Virus record (IMG/VR): IMGVR_UViG_3300011338_000371
Coordinates: 15,274 to 79,273 of that record
Reading direction: 5' to 3' (one strand)
From: a virus
Taxonomy: Duplodnaviria; Caudoviricetes
Length of the DNA stretch: 64,000 nt
The position numbers were made by a program, and so were the translations under genes. Under the pieces are notes generated by a model, which worked only from the letters and a program-made list of their open reading frames with translations, searched no databases and was not told the origin of the DNA. Positions 40,401-50,600 of this stretch are shown here, piece by piece. Each line of letters begins with the position of its first letter. The stretch's first letter is position 1.

Positions 40401-43400
40401 TTAAAAAGTTACAGTACTCTGGACATAATAAAATAGAAAGTGGAGAGTCAGTACCTGTATTCCACAAGTACTCTATGAAGCCTATTCTACCTTCAGAGAT
40501 GGTAAATGATACTGAACTAGAAGGAATTCTTCAAAAGTTGCATGCCTCTTCTGCAGACTATGCTGTATTCGAATCAGGTACTAAGATAGCAGAGACAGTA
40601 GAGTCAGTAAGTTTGTTTGACGCTAAGAATAAAGTAAAGCCTCAGGCTAGTCCTACTGGAGTTATTGATATGAAGTATTTGAAGGAACAGGTACTAGTAG
40701 AAAACAAAGAAGACTTTAACAATATCTTCAGTACCCAGTTGCGTAAACTTATTTACAAAGACTTGGTTAGTGAGAAAGAGGAAGAACTTTACGGAGAGTA
40801 CAAAAATATTATTGAAAGTCTTACAAACTTTGATAAGATTAATTTCCTAGAGCAGTTAGAAGATAAGCAAAAACTTGTAGAGTTCTTGATTAGGGAGATT
40901 TCTAAGAAGAACGCTTCCGAGTCTACTAAAGATCTTCTTCAACTTAAAGCAGACGGAACTCTGATGCACACCCTAGATAGTATGATTGATCGTACTATTA
41001 TGGAGAGTGCTATTGTGTCTAGTGTAAGAAACCAAGTAATACGTCAGAAAGTTCCTGGAGCACAGAGAGTACAGTATCCTGTTTCTTTGATTCGTCCAAG
41101 CAGAAAACTTGCTTATTATGATGTACAAGGAGGAAAGGTAACTAAGGCAGAAGTAATAGTATCTTTCTCTAAAGGTTACTATCCTTTGCTTAATCTTATT
41201 TCTCCTGTAGACGGAGAGCCTATTGGCGAATTGGATGCTAATGGAAAACCATTTAATCCGCATACTGCTTTAACTAGATTAAACGAAGCAATACAGAATC
41301 CTAAGTTTAGGATGGATAATGCTTCTCAATTGGCTATGATGGCTATCCGTATTCCAGGTTCAGGTTACAACACTATTGAAAGCTTTGAAGTAGTTGAGTT
41401 CCTACCTGAGGAAAGTGGAGAGATCATCTTGGTTCCAGATGAGATGGTTGTTAAGTCTGGTTCGGATTACGATATTGATAAATTGTTCTGTTATGATCCT
41501 CACCTAGAACAAGATGGTACTATGATTTCTACTCGTGAGTTCCAATCTCCTGAAGAAGCACTTGCAACTAAGAATGCTATTCTTGATAAGATCCACGAGA
41601 ACAAAGAGACTATTAGAACTTTCGTTGCAGACAAGAATCTATTAGTCAATGAGTTACGTGATCTATTGACTGAGAAAGGATTTAATCCTGACACTAAGTT
41701 AAAAGAACTTTATCTAGAATTACAGTCTTTGAAAGGTGTAGAAGAGGAAGAGTTGGTTGAAGCAGGAGTTACAGCAGCAGACTTACTTAGACTACAAGAA
41801 AAATTCACTAGTGGAATTTCTGAGACTAAGTCTAAGGTTAGTGACGAAGTTAAATCTAGAATTAAAGCAATTCGTTCTGTTTTGTCTACAGCAAGTGACA
41901 GAGAACTTTCTCAAGAGATTGGGTATATCAATGACACTATTGCAGATATTATTGAGGAGAACACTAGTCTTACTAAACAGTTAAAGAGTATTAGAGGTCA
42001 GTACACAAATGCACTGTTGCTTAATATGGCTGAAAGAATGAGTCAGCCAGAAGTATTCCAAGCATTGATTACGCCTAACGAGATCGAAAGGATTGATGCA
42101 GCAGTAAAAGAATTTGGTAACGTATCTTCTGCTGCAACTGCAGATTTAACTAATATTATCAATCCTATCTATCAGCTGTATGTGTTCTCTTTGAATACTT
42201 ATAAAAACTCTCTAGGTACTGACGCTAAGAATAACGTATTCCATTCTTTACTTCAGAAGACTAAATTCTACAGACAAGATAAAGCTGCTATCTATGAATA
42301 CATACTAGACGCTAATCGTACAGAAGAAGGGTATATTGACTTCAGTAGAGTTTATAATGTAGATGGAGAACCTATTTCTTTGTTGACTGGTGAGATGATT
42401 AACGCACACGTGGACATTGAAAAGAATGATGGTATTGCACGTATTGGATTGAACAACGTTATTACTCCTGTAGTAAACTATGTTACTATGGCAGGAACTC
42501 GCTTCAATGATATTGTAAATATAATCAATAGGTCAGCAGGATTAGATGGAGAAGGTAAGAAAATAAGATCTTCTATCTTGAGGTATTCAAAGGGAGAATC
42601 TTTAGATTCTATTACAGAAGACATATTATCAAGAATTCCTGAAGGGCACATAGCTAGAGAATTGATTACAAAGTCTACAACTAAGTATGGTGTAATAAGT
42701 CGTTCAGCACTTAAGAGAAACGTTAACAATAAATTTAGAACTAATCTTACTCCTGAAACAGCTAAACAAAATTTGTTAGAGGTAGAAGATGCTTATCATG
42801 ATTTGGCTAGACTAGGTTTGTTTTTGGAGTTGGAGGATCAAACTAGAGATCTTGCTACTATATCTCTTTCGGTTGACTACGACACATTCTCTCCACAAAA
42901 CTTTGAGTCTTTTAGATCAAGTGTAATAGAGTTGGCTAAGTATGTAAAGCCAGGTACTAATGAGTATAAGATATTTAACCAGGAAGGACTTAATGACATT
43001 ATCTACAATAGTGTAGTATCTCCTTATCAGATTCAACAAGATGTGTTAGACAAGTTTGTAGAAGTATTCCCAATATCTGCTAACTCTAAGATTACTAACA
43101 AAATCCTAGTAGAGTATGCTAGACTTAAGACTGCTAACCGCAAACTAGACTACGACAAACTGTCTCGTACGTTTAAGAATGACTTGTTGTATAGCCTGTT
43201 CATTAACAATGTACCAGAAGTAAGAGAATTCGAGACTTATCTAGATAAGAAAAATCCTGGTAACATAGGATCAATGTATCTTAACTTAAAGTCTAGATTG
43301 GCTTCAAGAGGTATTACAGCTGAGAACGATGTCTTTACTATGGTATCAATCAACTCAGAAGTAGACTCTGATTATGTACGTACAGGTATTACTCAGACAG

Positions 43401-44665
43401 ATTTAAACTACTCAGTAGATATTCTTAAAGAAGAGTTTGAAAAAGGATTAAATTGGTCTCACCCTGCATTAGATCCTAACAATCCTTCAGATAGTGAGTT
43501 GATTGGTGATATGCAAGGATTCTTTAGAGCTTTTGCTTATGCAGGAATCATAGGTACTCAGTTGAATAAAAAGTTTGACTCTTACTTACCATTAATTCCT
43601 GAGTCTATCTATACTCTTCCTATGACAGATATAATTAATAATTTTGTTGAAGAGCTTGATGTGACTCCTGAGGAAGGTACTACTCCTTACATTACTCAGT
43701 TTATAGCTAGGTTTAATGAGAATCATCCTGAGTTTAGAAGACTTGATGTACCACCTGCACTAAACTACTATAAAGATTATGTTCTTTCTAGGCCTAATAC
43801 AGTAGACATGTCAGTAGTAAAACAGTCTGAGCTGAGATTAGAGGAAACAGAACCTTCTACTGGTGTACTTGCTAATGCACAAGATTTTCTTTCTCCTGAA
43901 GTATCTAGTGTTTATCTTAAGACTTCAGCTGGAATAGTTGCTAAACACAAGTCTCCAGAGACCAGATCAAAGTCTTTACGAAGTCAGATTAGTATTAATC
44001 CTACTATCTATAATACAGGAGTGTTTGTTGAACCTGTTACAGAAGAAGAGGCCGTAGACTTGGTAATCCAAAAAAGTGATAACCCTTATGAAATTGCTCA
44101 ACAAATAGTATTCTTTGACAAACACTTTAACTTTGAAAGTATTGTTGGGGGAACTAAAGTCGGAGTTATATATGACTTCTTCTTAGGGGGAAAGATTAAT
44201 TCTGATAGTGTTAGACAGGCTTACGACAATAGACTCTTTAATGTATCTAATACTCCTGGAATAAAAGACTATGTAGGTCGTACAAACAAGAGTGGAGAGC
44301 CTTATGAGAATATTGACCAAGTTGCTTTATCTTTATCTGCTCAAAGTGGCCAAGAGATTGAAGTCCAGGATATCGTAGACTTTATCTCAGAGAATTCTAA
44401 AGGTCTTAACCAATTCAAGGTGAAGTTCTTAGAACCACTGAGAGACCTTCAGAAGGCAGGAAAAAGTTTAGTAGGAACAGAGATGACTCCAGCTGATGCT
44501 AGATTCCTTATAGACTCTTACAACAAGGCTACCCGAATTCAGGCTGCTCCCGAACTTAGTACCTTTGATGTTACTCAGTTTTCTGACCTAGAATCTGGAA
44601 AACTTTTACAAGAATCTTTCAGTAAGCTTCGTGAACTAAATAATAACTTAAGTAAAAATTGCTAA
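31478..44665 (+). CDS. Giant virion-packaged RNA polymerase polyprotein (crAss-like) with zincin domain
   Basis: 4395 aa; AIRIP...VPDEMVVKSGSDYDIDKLF with DYDID at 41465-41479 (aa 3330-3334); HEAWH at 37322-37336 followed by EERLAEDF. Confidence 0.88.
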   Translation: MPQNPIIESLKKEGLYPTSQPTSSPIRELLGSSAQAVARARQAAAPFQAQLTIGKGVESILEGDIKANAADINSSYRNITGDSGAYAIPNLELDLDTKNELKESANVFNRILREGTVEESQKALKELRDKFNRISDSSLSTKEKDALRKSYTELVDRVGQINTYKAAKKEADSFFSENSLEERERMLANPNPNQRLSLSIKSKQTRNADILNNLADFESNKVGSRLYNEEDLATFKSTYVKTDDDLYAGMEMQYNYAMKNAVDEKVANYQKQISDLDAQIKQSVNQEEKNALALQKANVSKELNYSKNLSNKLKPYTIEDNYLKQFYPEQYTRKKEREKQEVYRNEMWAQGDQGSVGETLYRSGQQIKSNFLKQVSGLAYLAGANELGYRIKSGAEYAAPPTYFVGKDLNKNNKIDDSEITRDIHGNRVTMSQVSWTDKNGKKTWNLWSPVEQTLPILTDVLLTVAISKGLGAAGRGAGWTYGKIGTAAGLSEAGTASFVKNWAPRISTMGITSATTFPRFYAEERSNFKNGDAAFKVALMRAGVEGLTESLVPDVKLFDGKIAYGALDGAFAKLGKLDPASLSRLTTQRDLLLGLLPKGALSPTKAAMLMAPAAIRRTLSGASQESIEEIGSLVGNYFVDKYASSQNFEVEETNQITWDSFWDTVVEGFIPSLFISAGSTYKAKDLLRKERLDQARWNVANNPEKYKQLIANKVQSNKLTKEEGLKQTAAVDNLSRRLDSIPEMKNIKNLTNLLDDKELQFSHFNNKLFQEDLLNVDTTQLSPEQLKEYEDSLAKTSKEILTTKKLADKYAGLEETDKKAIISKLFDSQAKAAISPETRLTSLLGIAEQTRQSLLSVPVGDERYEFVNEQYKKFQSAVDANIVERVNTFRSTLETNPEQLTSLELALARDTFMPALDRIQGIDAKFELQNAPLVAEQVQGPKTYDESVPQLIRSIQEELETRMQLTGDEFQSEVPKNLRNPETKNIQERQLAIAELSEDELATGEIEEGAHDHLNDFQRFVLAAELEEHRAQKEQDPNTTTDLQNDVDAIHNNLYNISTRGLSRENSRAKIIEMNKIAMEVAPNVPVVNNFSATPSAPAVTPSPVVNIPGRRDDVDQDVYNAFIQDLEDLNEVLSNNEMDDEDRKIFISQRNTAIYNNVSNLGSVNEVRSALLALFSNHEAEVETVFDSIKAGVVNVSSLDFISPGRRDLLEQLLTRLSSIEDLSENPTNVANESEVTNTPDTISNEVLEESGIVDEEDSEVVFSDNFEVNQDKVNSEIKEVKLRAIDGLYLSMPTVDSVTDNSYDDSTINLGSDIITSYSEDTRSGKSRDMKIRIQSMMGIYKFILSDQDYATVEELRQKKSLNEEEKARLVEVFNRQQIPLHDKSFVKAVLANPKLLGSGVGSVFVDSKGDLIKFNPQGRPTSNTNGNIFVALLPTSTASPKLKEIRATVVKGKIVTSRIEGIVPGFSKVRPLSQAVGESIEVITTPNEIVIERPGAQKNYVLKPGSVHLLKENVRNPYTGVNIPTNGNTLQVLVNAFNEGTLPTTIDESIRTNAAAFLEYLSQQINSVYIKGIKEGKQTTGIRFFKKSNLYLCATASQKLIVKYVEVGEDGKNYYRNSQNQQEDLLKMGETSYKLVRDSLVKQNKPYQALVVNKNNEITTKNFDTYTDFIKSPEFGATFLREESRSLSFSPDYEVSDNPTVDVVNDNINVIPEPIAAHAQSIDTKVGVEKELFSETDNKGRTYTYYSTSTEKDGRIKTTFTFNRSDKDASQRSNAVSGVPVEKALGNKYTIDEESLPEESKVVGVVEIRLTENGAGATVTVESEGQRWQTEVKLNTNTTYNAELAALGQPTQPTGQQPRKVRTRPTLLPDDISPIDPEFFRERLLDNQITEKQNQQAKAWVSSHPIFKNTPFIFDNTIDHPEAYAVWSKAGIFLFKGANYAEAYHEAWHEFSQLYLTPEQKVALYAEARKVYGDLSFVELEERLAEDFRSFALSGGVTMPEALKKAKESKSIFKQIWDFISNLFSNKKTIDHYFSRLHKGNLTQFKRNESNQYFTKLYSGKYSYQDSEGVSHTMSFKDSKALLDDLDSIYVSIANNQFKDKGINFVNIVSSGKNANIVYSYMEKSLFNDYEALTKEYEKTNNQSLIPKINQLVDLLDNFQSAAQFHKLNSSIFEDNIKRQILDERIEEFEKVNSEFASYEASVNEMSNKQLASQVLVNALRTLPKYENGRMVFHPIYGTTILSDFNTNWNILQRRLSGTNSYADLYSRVEEIAEEYPQFNQFLQYLPAPDSSIARTSSMNFKNEFFSLFSMPYIEGYTANIKRDEEGNISEVRVFQANSLDSLNIRKKYDLDFSLTSTPYTARNEETGTFYLNTQKYFGNFPGVPPAPKDQEDYRDYNQALYNMLTPLGFNLSPAAVELFLNEDATIQESRVRLIYEKLSSLSQVKKYIMSPLADLSIEHEVSTPKGKKKVDGENRNISAIIQYEVQANPEYVDDMRYNADQKQIWSVNQHTFMSKVLGVLNDSLLYPTIDSVYEELPHLNPKNNPGVQGSFVLTYLFNNGGNRILDKVGNQLVPRKVELGNLLGIKTSYEGEKTIDANESKKHYVDIIGLTRYGVEEINRLSGKSTTRALVLERKLREHIGLQVGNNEADAFSVHNGVPTELFNSIILPLIKSEVDVTLKNSSKYRIAAYDEDSSPKLAYFHKIFNAGQRTALLNAFKSPEPGKSLKDIFEGMPEYKDILTRFNFYIRAQANKSKAILGNDYALTTPELMKYHFFSAVSRIEQHKIFFNHPYYYKNPKDIEKRLSAWNAFGSYATLDLQNLEYLTSNKSGLTMYSGRDAFQAYANKTGIKVNPNRANADQISYLVLKDQSVKSFTAAKSKAYGNSKQAYANNQKAAKQDAAAFCTLDFFRKFYALTKSGLTPEMIEEFKRQDAIYKKHLEIKTAPEYEQEVLKKELLDLLNQGPFYKFTIKKLQYSGHNKIESGESVPVFHKYSMKPILPSEMVNDTELEGILQKLHASSADYAVFESGTKIAETVESVSLFDAKNKVKPQASPTGVIDMKYLKEQVLVENKEDFNNIFSTQLRKLIYKDLVSEKEEELYGEYKNIIESLTNFDKINFLEQLEDKQKLVEFLIREISKKNASESTKDLLQLKADGTLMHTLDSMIDRTIMESAIVSSVRNQVIRQKVPGAQRVQYPVSLIRPSRKLAYYDVQGGKVTKAEVIVSFSKGYYPLLNLISPVDGEPIGELDANGKPFNPHTALTRLNEAIQNPKFRMDNASQLAMMAIRIPGSGYNTIESFEVVEFLPEESGEIILVPDEMVVKSGSDYDIDKLFCYDPHLEQDGTMISTREFQSPEEALATKNAILDKIHENKETIRTFVADKNLLVNELRDLLTEKGFNPDTKLKELYLELQSLKGVEEEELVEAGVTAADLLRLQEKFTSGISETKSKVSDEVKSRIKAIRSVLSTASDRELSQEIGYINDTIADIIEENTSLTKQLKSIRGQYTNALLLNMAERMSQPEVFQALITPNEIERIDAAVKEFGNVSSAATADLTNIINPIYQLYVFSLNTYKNSLGTDAKNNVFHSLLQKTKFYRQDKAAIYEYILDANRTEEGYIDFSRVYNVDGEPISLLTGEMINAHVDIEKNDGIARIGLNNVITPVVNYVTMAGTRFNDIVNIINRSAGLDGEGKKIRSSILRYSKGESLDSITEDILSRIPEGHIARELITKSTTKYGVISRSALKRNVNNKFRTNLTPETAKQNLLEVEDAYHDLARLGLFLELEDQTRDLATISLSVDYDTFSPQNFESFRSSVIELAKYVKPGTNEYKIFNQEGLNDIIYNSVVSPYQIQQDVLDKFVEVFPISANSKITNKILVEYARLKTANRKLDYDKLSRTFKNDLLYSLFINNVPEVREFETYLDKKNPGNIGSMYLNLKSRLASRGITAENDVFTMVSINSEVDSDYVRTGITQTDLNYSVDILKEEFEKGLNWSHPALDPNNPSDSELIGDMQGFFRAFAYAGIIGTQLNKKFDSYLPLIPESIYTLPMTDIINNFVEELDVTPEEGTTPYITQFIARFNENHPEFRRLDVPPALNYYKDYVLSRPNTVDMSVVKQSELRLEETEPSTGVLANAQDFLSPEVSSVYLKTSAGIVAKHKSPETRSKSLRSQISINPTIYNTGVFVEPVTEEEAVDLVIQKSDNPYEIAQQIVFFDKHFNFESIVGGTKVGVIYDFFLGGKINSDSVRQAYDNRLFNVSNTPGIKDYVGRTNKSGEPYENIDQVALSLSAQSGQEIEVQDIVDFISENSKGLNQFKVKFLEPLRDLQKAGKSLVGTEMTPADARFLIDSYNKATRIQAAPELSTFDVTQFSDLESGKLLQESFSKLRELNNNLSKNC

Positions 44666-44671
44666 TTAAAC

Positions 44672-44679
44672 TATATTTG
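44672..44679 (+). promoter_or_regulatory. TAnnTTTG -7 box upstream of the 2149 aa gene
   Basis: TATATTTG in a 22-nt gap; -33 element not evident. Confidence 0.4.
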
Positions 44680-44687
44680 TATTAATC

Positions 44688-47600
44688 ATGTTTTGTCCTA
44701 ACCTATCAGATCCTACTATAAAAGCTCAGTTCGAGTCTCTTCAATCTATAGTCCCAGACTATGCTTACTATCTCTGGGATAAGTATCAAGGAGATGTTCC
44801 TGCTAAATACTACAATTTATCTAATGCAGTTATTAAAGAAGGAGTATCTGAGCTCTTTGAATCTAATTCTGAGTTAGCTAGTATAGGTACACCACAACAA
44901 TACTCTCAATACTTAGATTCTATCTTTCCTGATAGTAAAGTAAAAGATATTGTTTATCATGGTACAAAAGGAGATAAATTTGATACAATAGATTTTACTA
45001 AAAATAATTTTGGAGGAAACGTATTTTATGTAAGTACTGATAAGTCTGAGGCTGAGAGTTATGCTAGGAAGACAGGTAATGTATTAGCCTTACTTATTAA
45101 TGCAAAAAATGTTCAGTTTCAAAGAGATGCTTTTTTTGGAAATACTCCGCAAAATATTAATGAAATAAATCAAGAAATTCAGGACCTAGAGAACTTAAAA
45201 TTTGGTTTACAATTTATAGACGAAGAAATAGAAGTTAAGTTTTTTAACTCTCAGAAAGAAGCAAAAGAGTTTGCTGAAAGAAACTCTGGTTGGGAGAATT
45301 TAGAAGAAAAAGTAAAACAAGATAAACTTAAACAGTTAAAAATTTTATTAAATAATTTAACTGTAGAAGGAGAGTTTGATACTGTATTAACTAATAACGA
45401 CGCTGGAGGAAAAACTATTTACATTGTAAATAAATCAGAACAAATTCACATACTAGGAAACAAACAAGACATTGAGGGCTTTAAAAAGTTTGTATCTACT
45501 TCTGCTATGCCTACTACCATGTTCAGTAGGAAGGATGCTAAGTTTGTATCTGATAGGTTTATTCGCTTAGAAAGACAATACGACTTTGTTAGAGGCATTC
45601 AAACTAGTCCAGAATACTGGAACATGTCAATGGAAGAGAAGAAGCGTTACGTAGCTTCTAAACACTTCCAAGAAATACTTCCAGCTATTCAAGGTCTTGA
45701 CTCTGTTCGAGTAGAAGGGAACAAGATCTATCTTTCTGAGACAAAGAGAGTTAAATCTCCTGGTGCACTTTATAACTACGCAGTTAGATTAAAAGAAAAC
45801 ATCAATGCAATGTTTCCTTTGGCATACTCTAATCCTCCTGCATACGTAAGAGAGTTGTCTGATGGACAGACTTTAATTGAATTTGACTTGAATGGTAGTT
45901 ATACTATTCCTTTCCTACAAGCAGTTGAGACTCTAGAAGAAGAGTCTATGAGAACTGAAATGGAGTTGTTTGACATCCAAGAGAATCTAGGAAAAGAAAA
46001 AGCAGCTATCATGGAAAAACTCCAATCAGCAAATGAACTTTTGATTGATGGAGAAGTACTTCCTTTAAACGGATTAATGTTCCAAAAGAACTTTAGTTTA
46101 AAACAAGCACTTAAAGATCCTAAGATAAAAGCTTATGGACAGGTGTTAGATAAACTTGCTTCTAGATTCCCTGGAGTAACTTGGAAGTGGAACAACCAAA
46201 TAGCAGAGGCTGCTAGAGTTAACCTATCTACAGGAGAGATTGAAGTTAATCCTGAACTTATTCAAGAAGATACCCCTTGGCATGAATTTGGACACTTTGT
46301 AGTTAGAGGTATTAGAGAATCTAACCCTGAGTTATTTGAACAACTTAAGGCTGAGGTAAAAAGATTACACGAAGAATCCCCCACATCTTCCGCTTACTCT
46401 TTTGTAGAAGACGCTTATCCTGATTATGTAGGAAGCGAATCTTTCTGGGAAGAGGTTATTGTAACTGAGTTAGGTAGACAAGCGGCTACTAAGGCTAATA
46501 GAAGTTTGTTTGATAAAGTCTTTGATTGGTTTAAGTCTTTGCTTAGATCATTTAAAGTAGGAGTTACTCCTATTAGTAATATGTCTAATCTAGTGGAGTC
46601 TCTTGTTGATCCCTCTAACTTGTTTGAGGTGATTCCTACAAACTCTGCAATCGAAGACTATATGTTCCAACGTATAGTCCCTCAAGATCAAGTAGATGCT
46701 TTGACTCAGTATGTAGTAACTACTCCTGGTGCACAGTTTGAATTCCAAACCTATGCAGAGAAGATTCAAACAATTGCTTCAGCTATTAGTGACTCTGAGT
46801 TTAAAAAGATCTTAGATACCAATAGATTTCTTGGCTTAGGAAACGAATCCCTACAAAGATCTCTAGACGCTATTAAACAGGTAAAGAACATAGTAACAAA
46901 GGAAGATGTAGCTGCATCTGTTCTAGAGTTGTCTGACTACCTTCAATACAATTCTATCTATCTACAGGGACTGATTCGTCACTTAGACAACATCTTGAAT
47001 GATCCTAATATACCTTCAGGTAAGAAGCTAGGTGATCTTCACAGAACTTATAAGCAAGCTTTAGCTATTGAAAAGCATGTTAAGAAGATTGAGTCTTTGT
47101 TTGATACTAGTGTTCTTAAGAAAATGTATAGGGCAGAGGTTCAGAAAGACGCTTTCTTAAAGAATCTTTCTTGGATTAAAACTGCTATTAATACTATTAA
47201 AGAAGATCATGCAACTAACATACAGGCTCCTGTATTTAATGAATTAACAGATAGTTTATCTCAACAAGCAGTAGATATTGCAGCTCAGTTTGATTCTGAT
47301 ATTGCTAAACTTAAGTCTCGTACACAAACTCCTGCTATTGCGAAAAGGATTGCTGAGCTAGAAAAAGAAAAGGCAGAGAGTATTCCTACTCCTGAGAATA
47401 TTAAAAAGTTCTTAGCTGATCCTAACTCTCCTTGGTATCTTGCTTGGGAGTCAGCAATGTCTACAAAGACTCCTAGCGTACAGATTATTGCTAACTATAT
47501 TAGAGGTATTAATAACGAGTTTCAAGAGAACTTAAAGCCTATTGCAAGAGATTGGCAAGATCTTATGGATGACATTGCGGCATTAGAAGGAAGTTTCTTT

Positions 47601-50600
47601 GGTTCTGCTATGGATACTAAAAACTTCTACAAGCCTTTTATTCGAGAGACTGTACTGTATGAAGTAATAGATGGCAAACTTGTAAAAGACAAGAAAGTTA
47701 TATCCCTTAATACAAAGATTAAGACAATCGAGCTTAGAAACAGGGCTACTGAACTTAATTATCTTGTAGAGTATGGTGAGACAGAGGAGATAAGAAATAA
47801 AGCAGAAGAGGATCTTAAAAAGTTTTACGAAGAGTATACAGAGCGTCCTTTTACAGATGAGTATTATGCTATTCAAAAGCTGTTACCAGATGACGTAAAA
47901 GAAAAAAGAAATAGAATCTATCAAGAAATTGGTGCTATCAGAGAAGAGTTTGGTACTGGAGAGATAGACGAACATACAATTGAGAGGCTTAAAGAGAAAG
48001 AAAAAGAAATCTACGAGCTAGAAAGAATCTACGATGAGGCTGGAGAACTGAAGACAGGTAAAGCATACGAAGACGCTATTGCTATCCAAAAGTGGAAAGA
48101 AACAAAGAGAAATGCTGAAGTCATGAACTTTGTTCTCACTGATGATAGTAGGGCTGTATTCGAGAAGATGCTTGCTAGCAAGAAAGCAGACTTAGCAAAA
48201 GGCTTAATCACACAAGATGCTTACAATAAGTGGGCTTCAGTACATACACGTACTACCTACACACAAGAGTTCTATGACACCAGACAAATTATCTTAGATG
48301 ATATCCAACGTCTACTAAGTAGTAGGGGTTCTATGCAAGATCTCTACTCTGGTCTATTTAATCTTTTGTTAGGAACTAAGGATAGAAACGGTGTGTATGA
48401 TCCTGTACAAGTTACTGATAAACAAGTAGTTAAGGCAAAAGAACTAGAGTTACAGATTGAGGAAATCAAGTCTTTGCTTAAGCAAGATAGCCCTCTAGAC
48501 ACGGACACTAAGAATAAACTAGGTGTTCTTATTGAAAAGTTACAAGATCTACAGAGTAACGTTAACTCTGAGTATTATGAGAGTGCTGTAAGAAACCAAA
48601 AAGATTCTATTCGTACTCAAGTAACTGCAGAGAATCCAGACTTAAATACACAGTCTATAGAAAAAATAGTAGAGGCTAGATATAAGAATTCTGTTTGGTA
48701 TCAAAACAACCATATAAATAAGTTTAGATTTAATCCTGAGACTAGAGTAGTTCAGGAGGTAGTTGAGCCTTTATTTATGTGGAGAGTAACTAGACCTAAC
48801 AATCCTAAGTACATAGAAAAGGATGCACCTTCAAGTCTTTGGTATAAATCCGTAATTAGACCTGAGTTTAAAAATCCTAACTACAAACCAAAAGAAATTA
48901 CTTTTAAAGAAGTTACAGGAGGTGAGTACTACAATAGTAACTATGACAATCTTACTTCTACACAGAAACAACTGTTAGAACGTATGAGGGTCCTCCACTA
49001 CCGTAGCCAAGAGAACCTTTACCAAAAAGACAAACTAGGAGATTTGATTCCTGGAATGCGTAAGACAAAGGGTGAGTTTGTAGACTTAATAAAACTTAAA
49101 GCTAATATAGTTAAGCAATTCTTCAAGAATATCTTAAGTTACTTTAAGGGAGACAGAGACTCTTTCTCAGACGAAGACGATATCTACGGAGACGCTTATC
49201 AAACAGACGCTTTCGGAGATCCTGTAACAAGAGAATCTCGTAGACTGTTTAATCGTTATGCACGTACACTTCCTATTGAGGAACAGTCTTACGATATTAT
49301 GACTGCTATGGCTTCTTACGCTACCTCTTCTGAGAGATTTAAAGTAATGCGTAAGTACCAGTCAACAGTTCTTACTATGGAAGAAGTAATGTCGGCAGGT
49401 AAAGAAGAGTCAGGTGCTTCTAAAGTAATTGCAGATTTGATTGACAGAGAACTTTATGGCAAAGTATTAGAAGATAAAAACAACTCTGTTGCTTTAAGAG
49501 TAGGTAATAGCTTATTCTCAGGAGTAAGTAATGTTGCAGGATTCAAGACATTAGGATTTAACTTAGTGAGTCTTCCACAAAACTGGATCAGTGGTCATCT
49601 TAAAATCCTTTCTCAATTAGGATTTTATCACATTACTGCTAAAGACTTAGTAAGGGCTCATGGGGATACCTCAGGTATTAGCAAAGAGTTTTACTTAACC
49701 TATAATCAGTTTGGAGCTAAAAGTTATCGTGTATCTCTAGTAGATTATTTTACTGGTACTCAGGCATTGGCTAACCAAGCAAGTGAAATTAATAATAAAG
49801 GTCTTGCTAAATACGGTAAAGCTTGGAAAGCTGTTTCTACCCTTAGGGACTTTACTGAATTTGATATTGCTGCAGTAACTACTTATGCTTTCTTAAATAA
49901 GTATAGAGTTCCTGTAAAAGGTAGTACAGAAACAATTAGATTGAAAGACGCTTTCGAACTCAGGGATGGAGTTATCCAGCCTAAGCCTAATGTAGATGTA
50001 AGCTTCGAGTTTGTACAGAGAGTAAGAAAAGAGATCCAGTTAGCTAATGAAAGAGCACAAGGTATCTATTCGCTAGAGGCACAGCCTACTATGGCTAAAC
50101 ATGCTTGGTTTAGATCTATTATGTTCTTGAAGAAATGGGTTATTCCAGATCTTAAGTCTACTTGGGGTTCTGAGACTATTCACTATGGAGCAGGTATTAA
50201 AACTATTGGTTCTCATAGGGCTGCTTTAAACTTCTTAATGGACACAGTTTACTTTGACAAAGGTAGAATGTATAATACCTGGAAGTATAGTTCTGACACA
50301 CAAAAAGCAGGCTTAAAACAGTTTGCCGTTCAGTTAGCTACCTACACAGTATTAGCAAACTTAATTGTACAGATGTCATTAGCTTTAAATTGTGAAGAGG
50401 ATGCTGAATCAGATTGGAAAGACTATGTGTGTTTAGGTGCAAAGAGAACAGCTAACGAAGCAGAAGGAGTATTTACTCTATGGGGCTTAAACGAAATGAT
50501 GTTTACTTATGTAGCTGAGCAAGCAAACGGTGTATCTATCTTTGAAAAAATAGGTTGGGCTGCTATGGGACCCTTTAGTGTTTGGAGAAAGTTTGTTACA

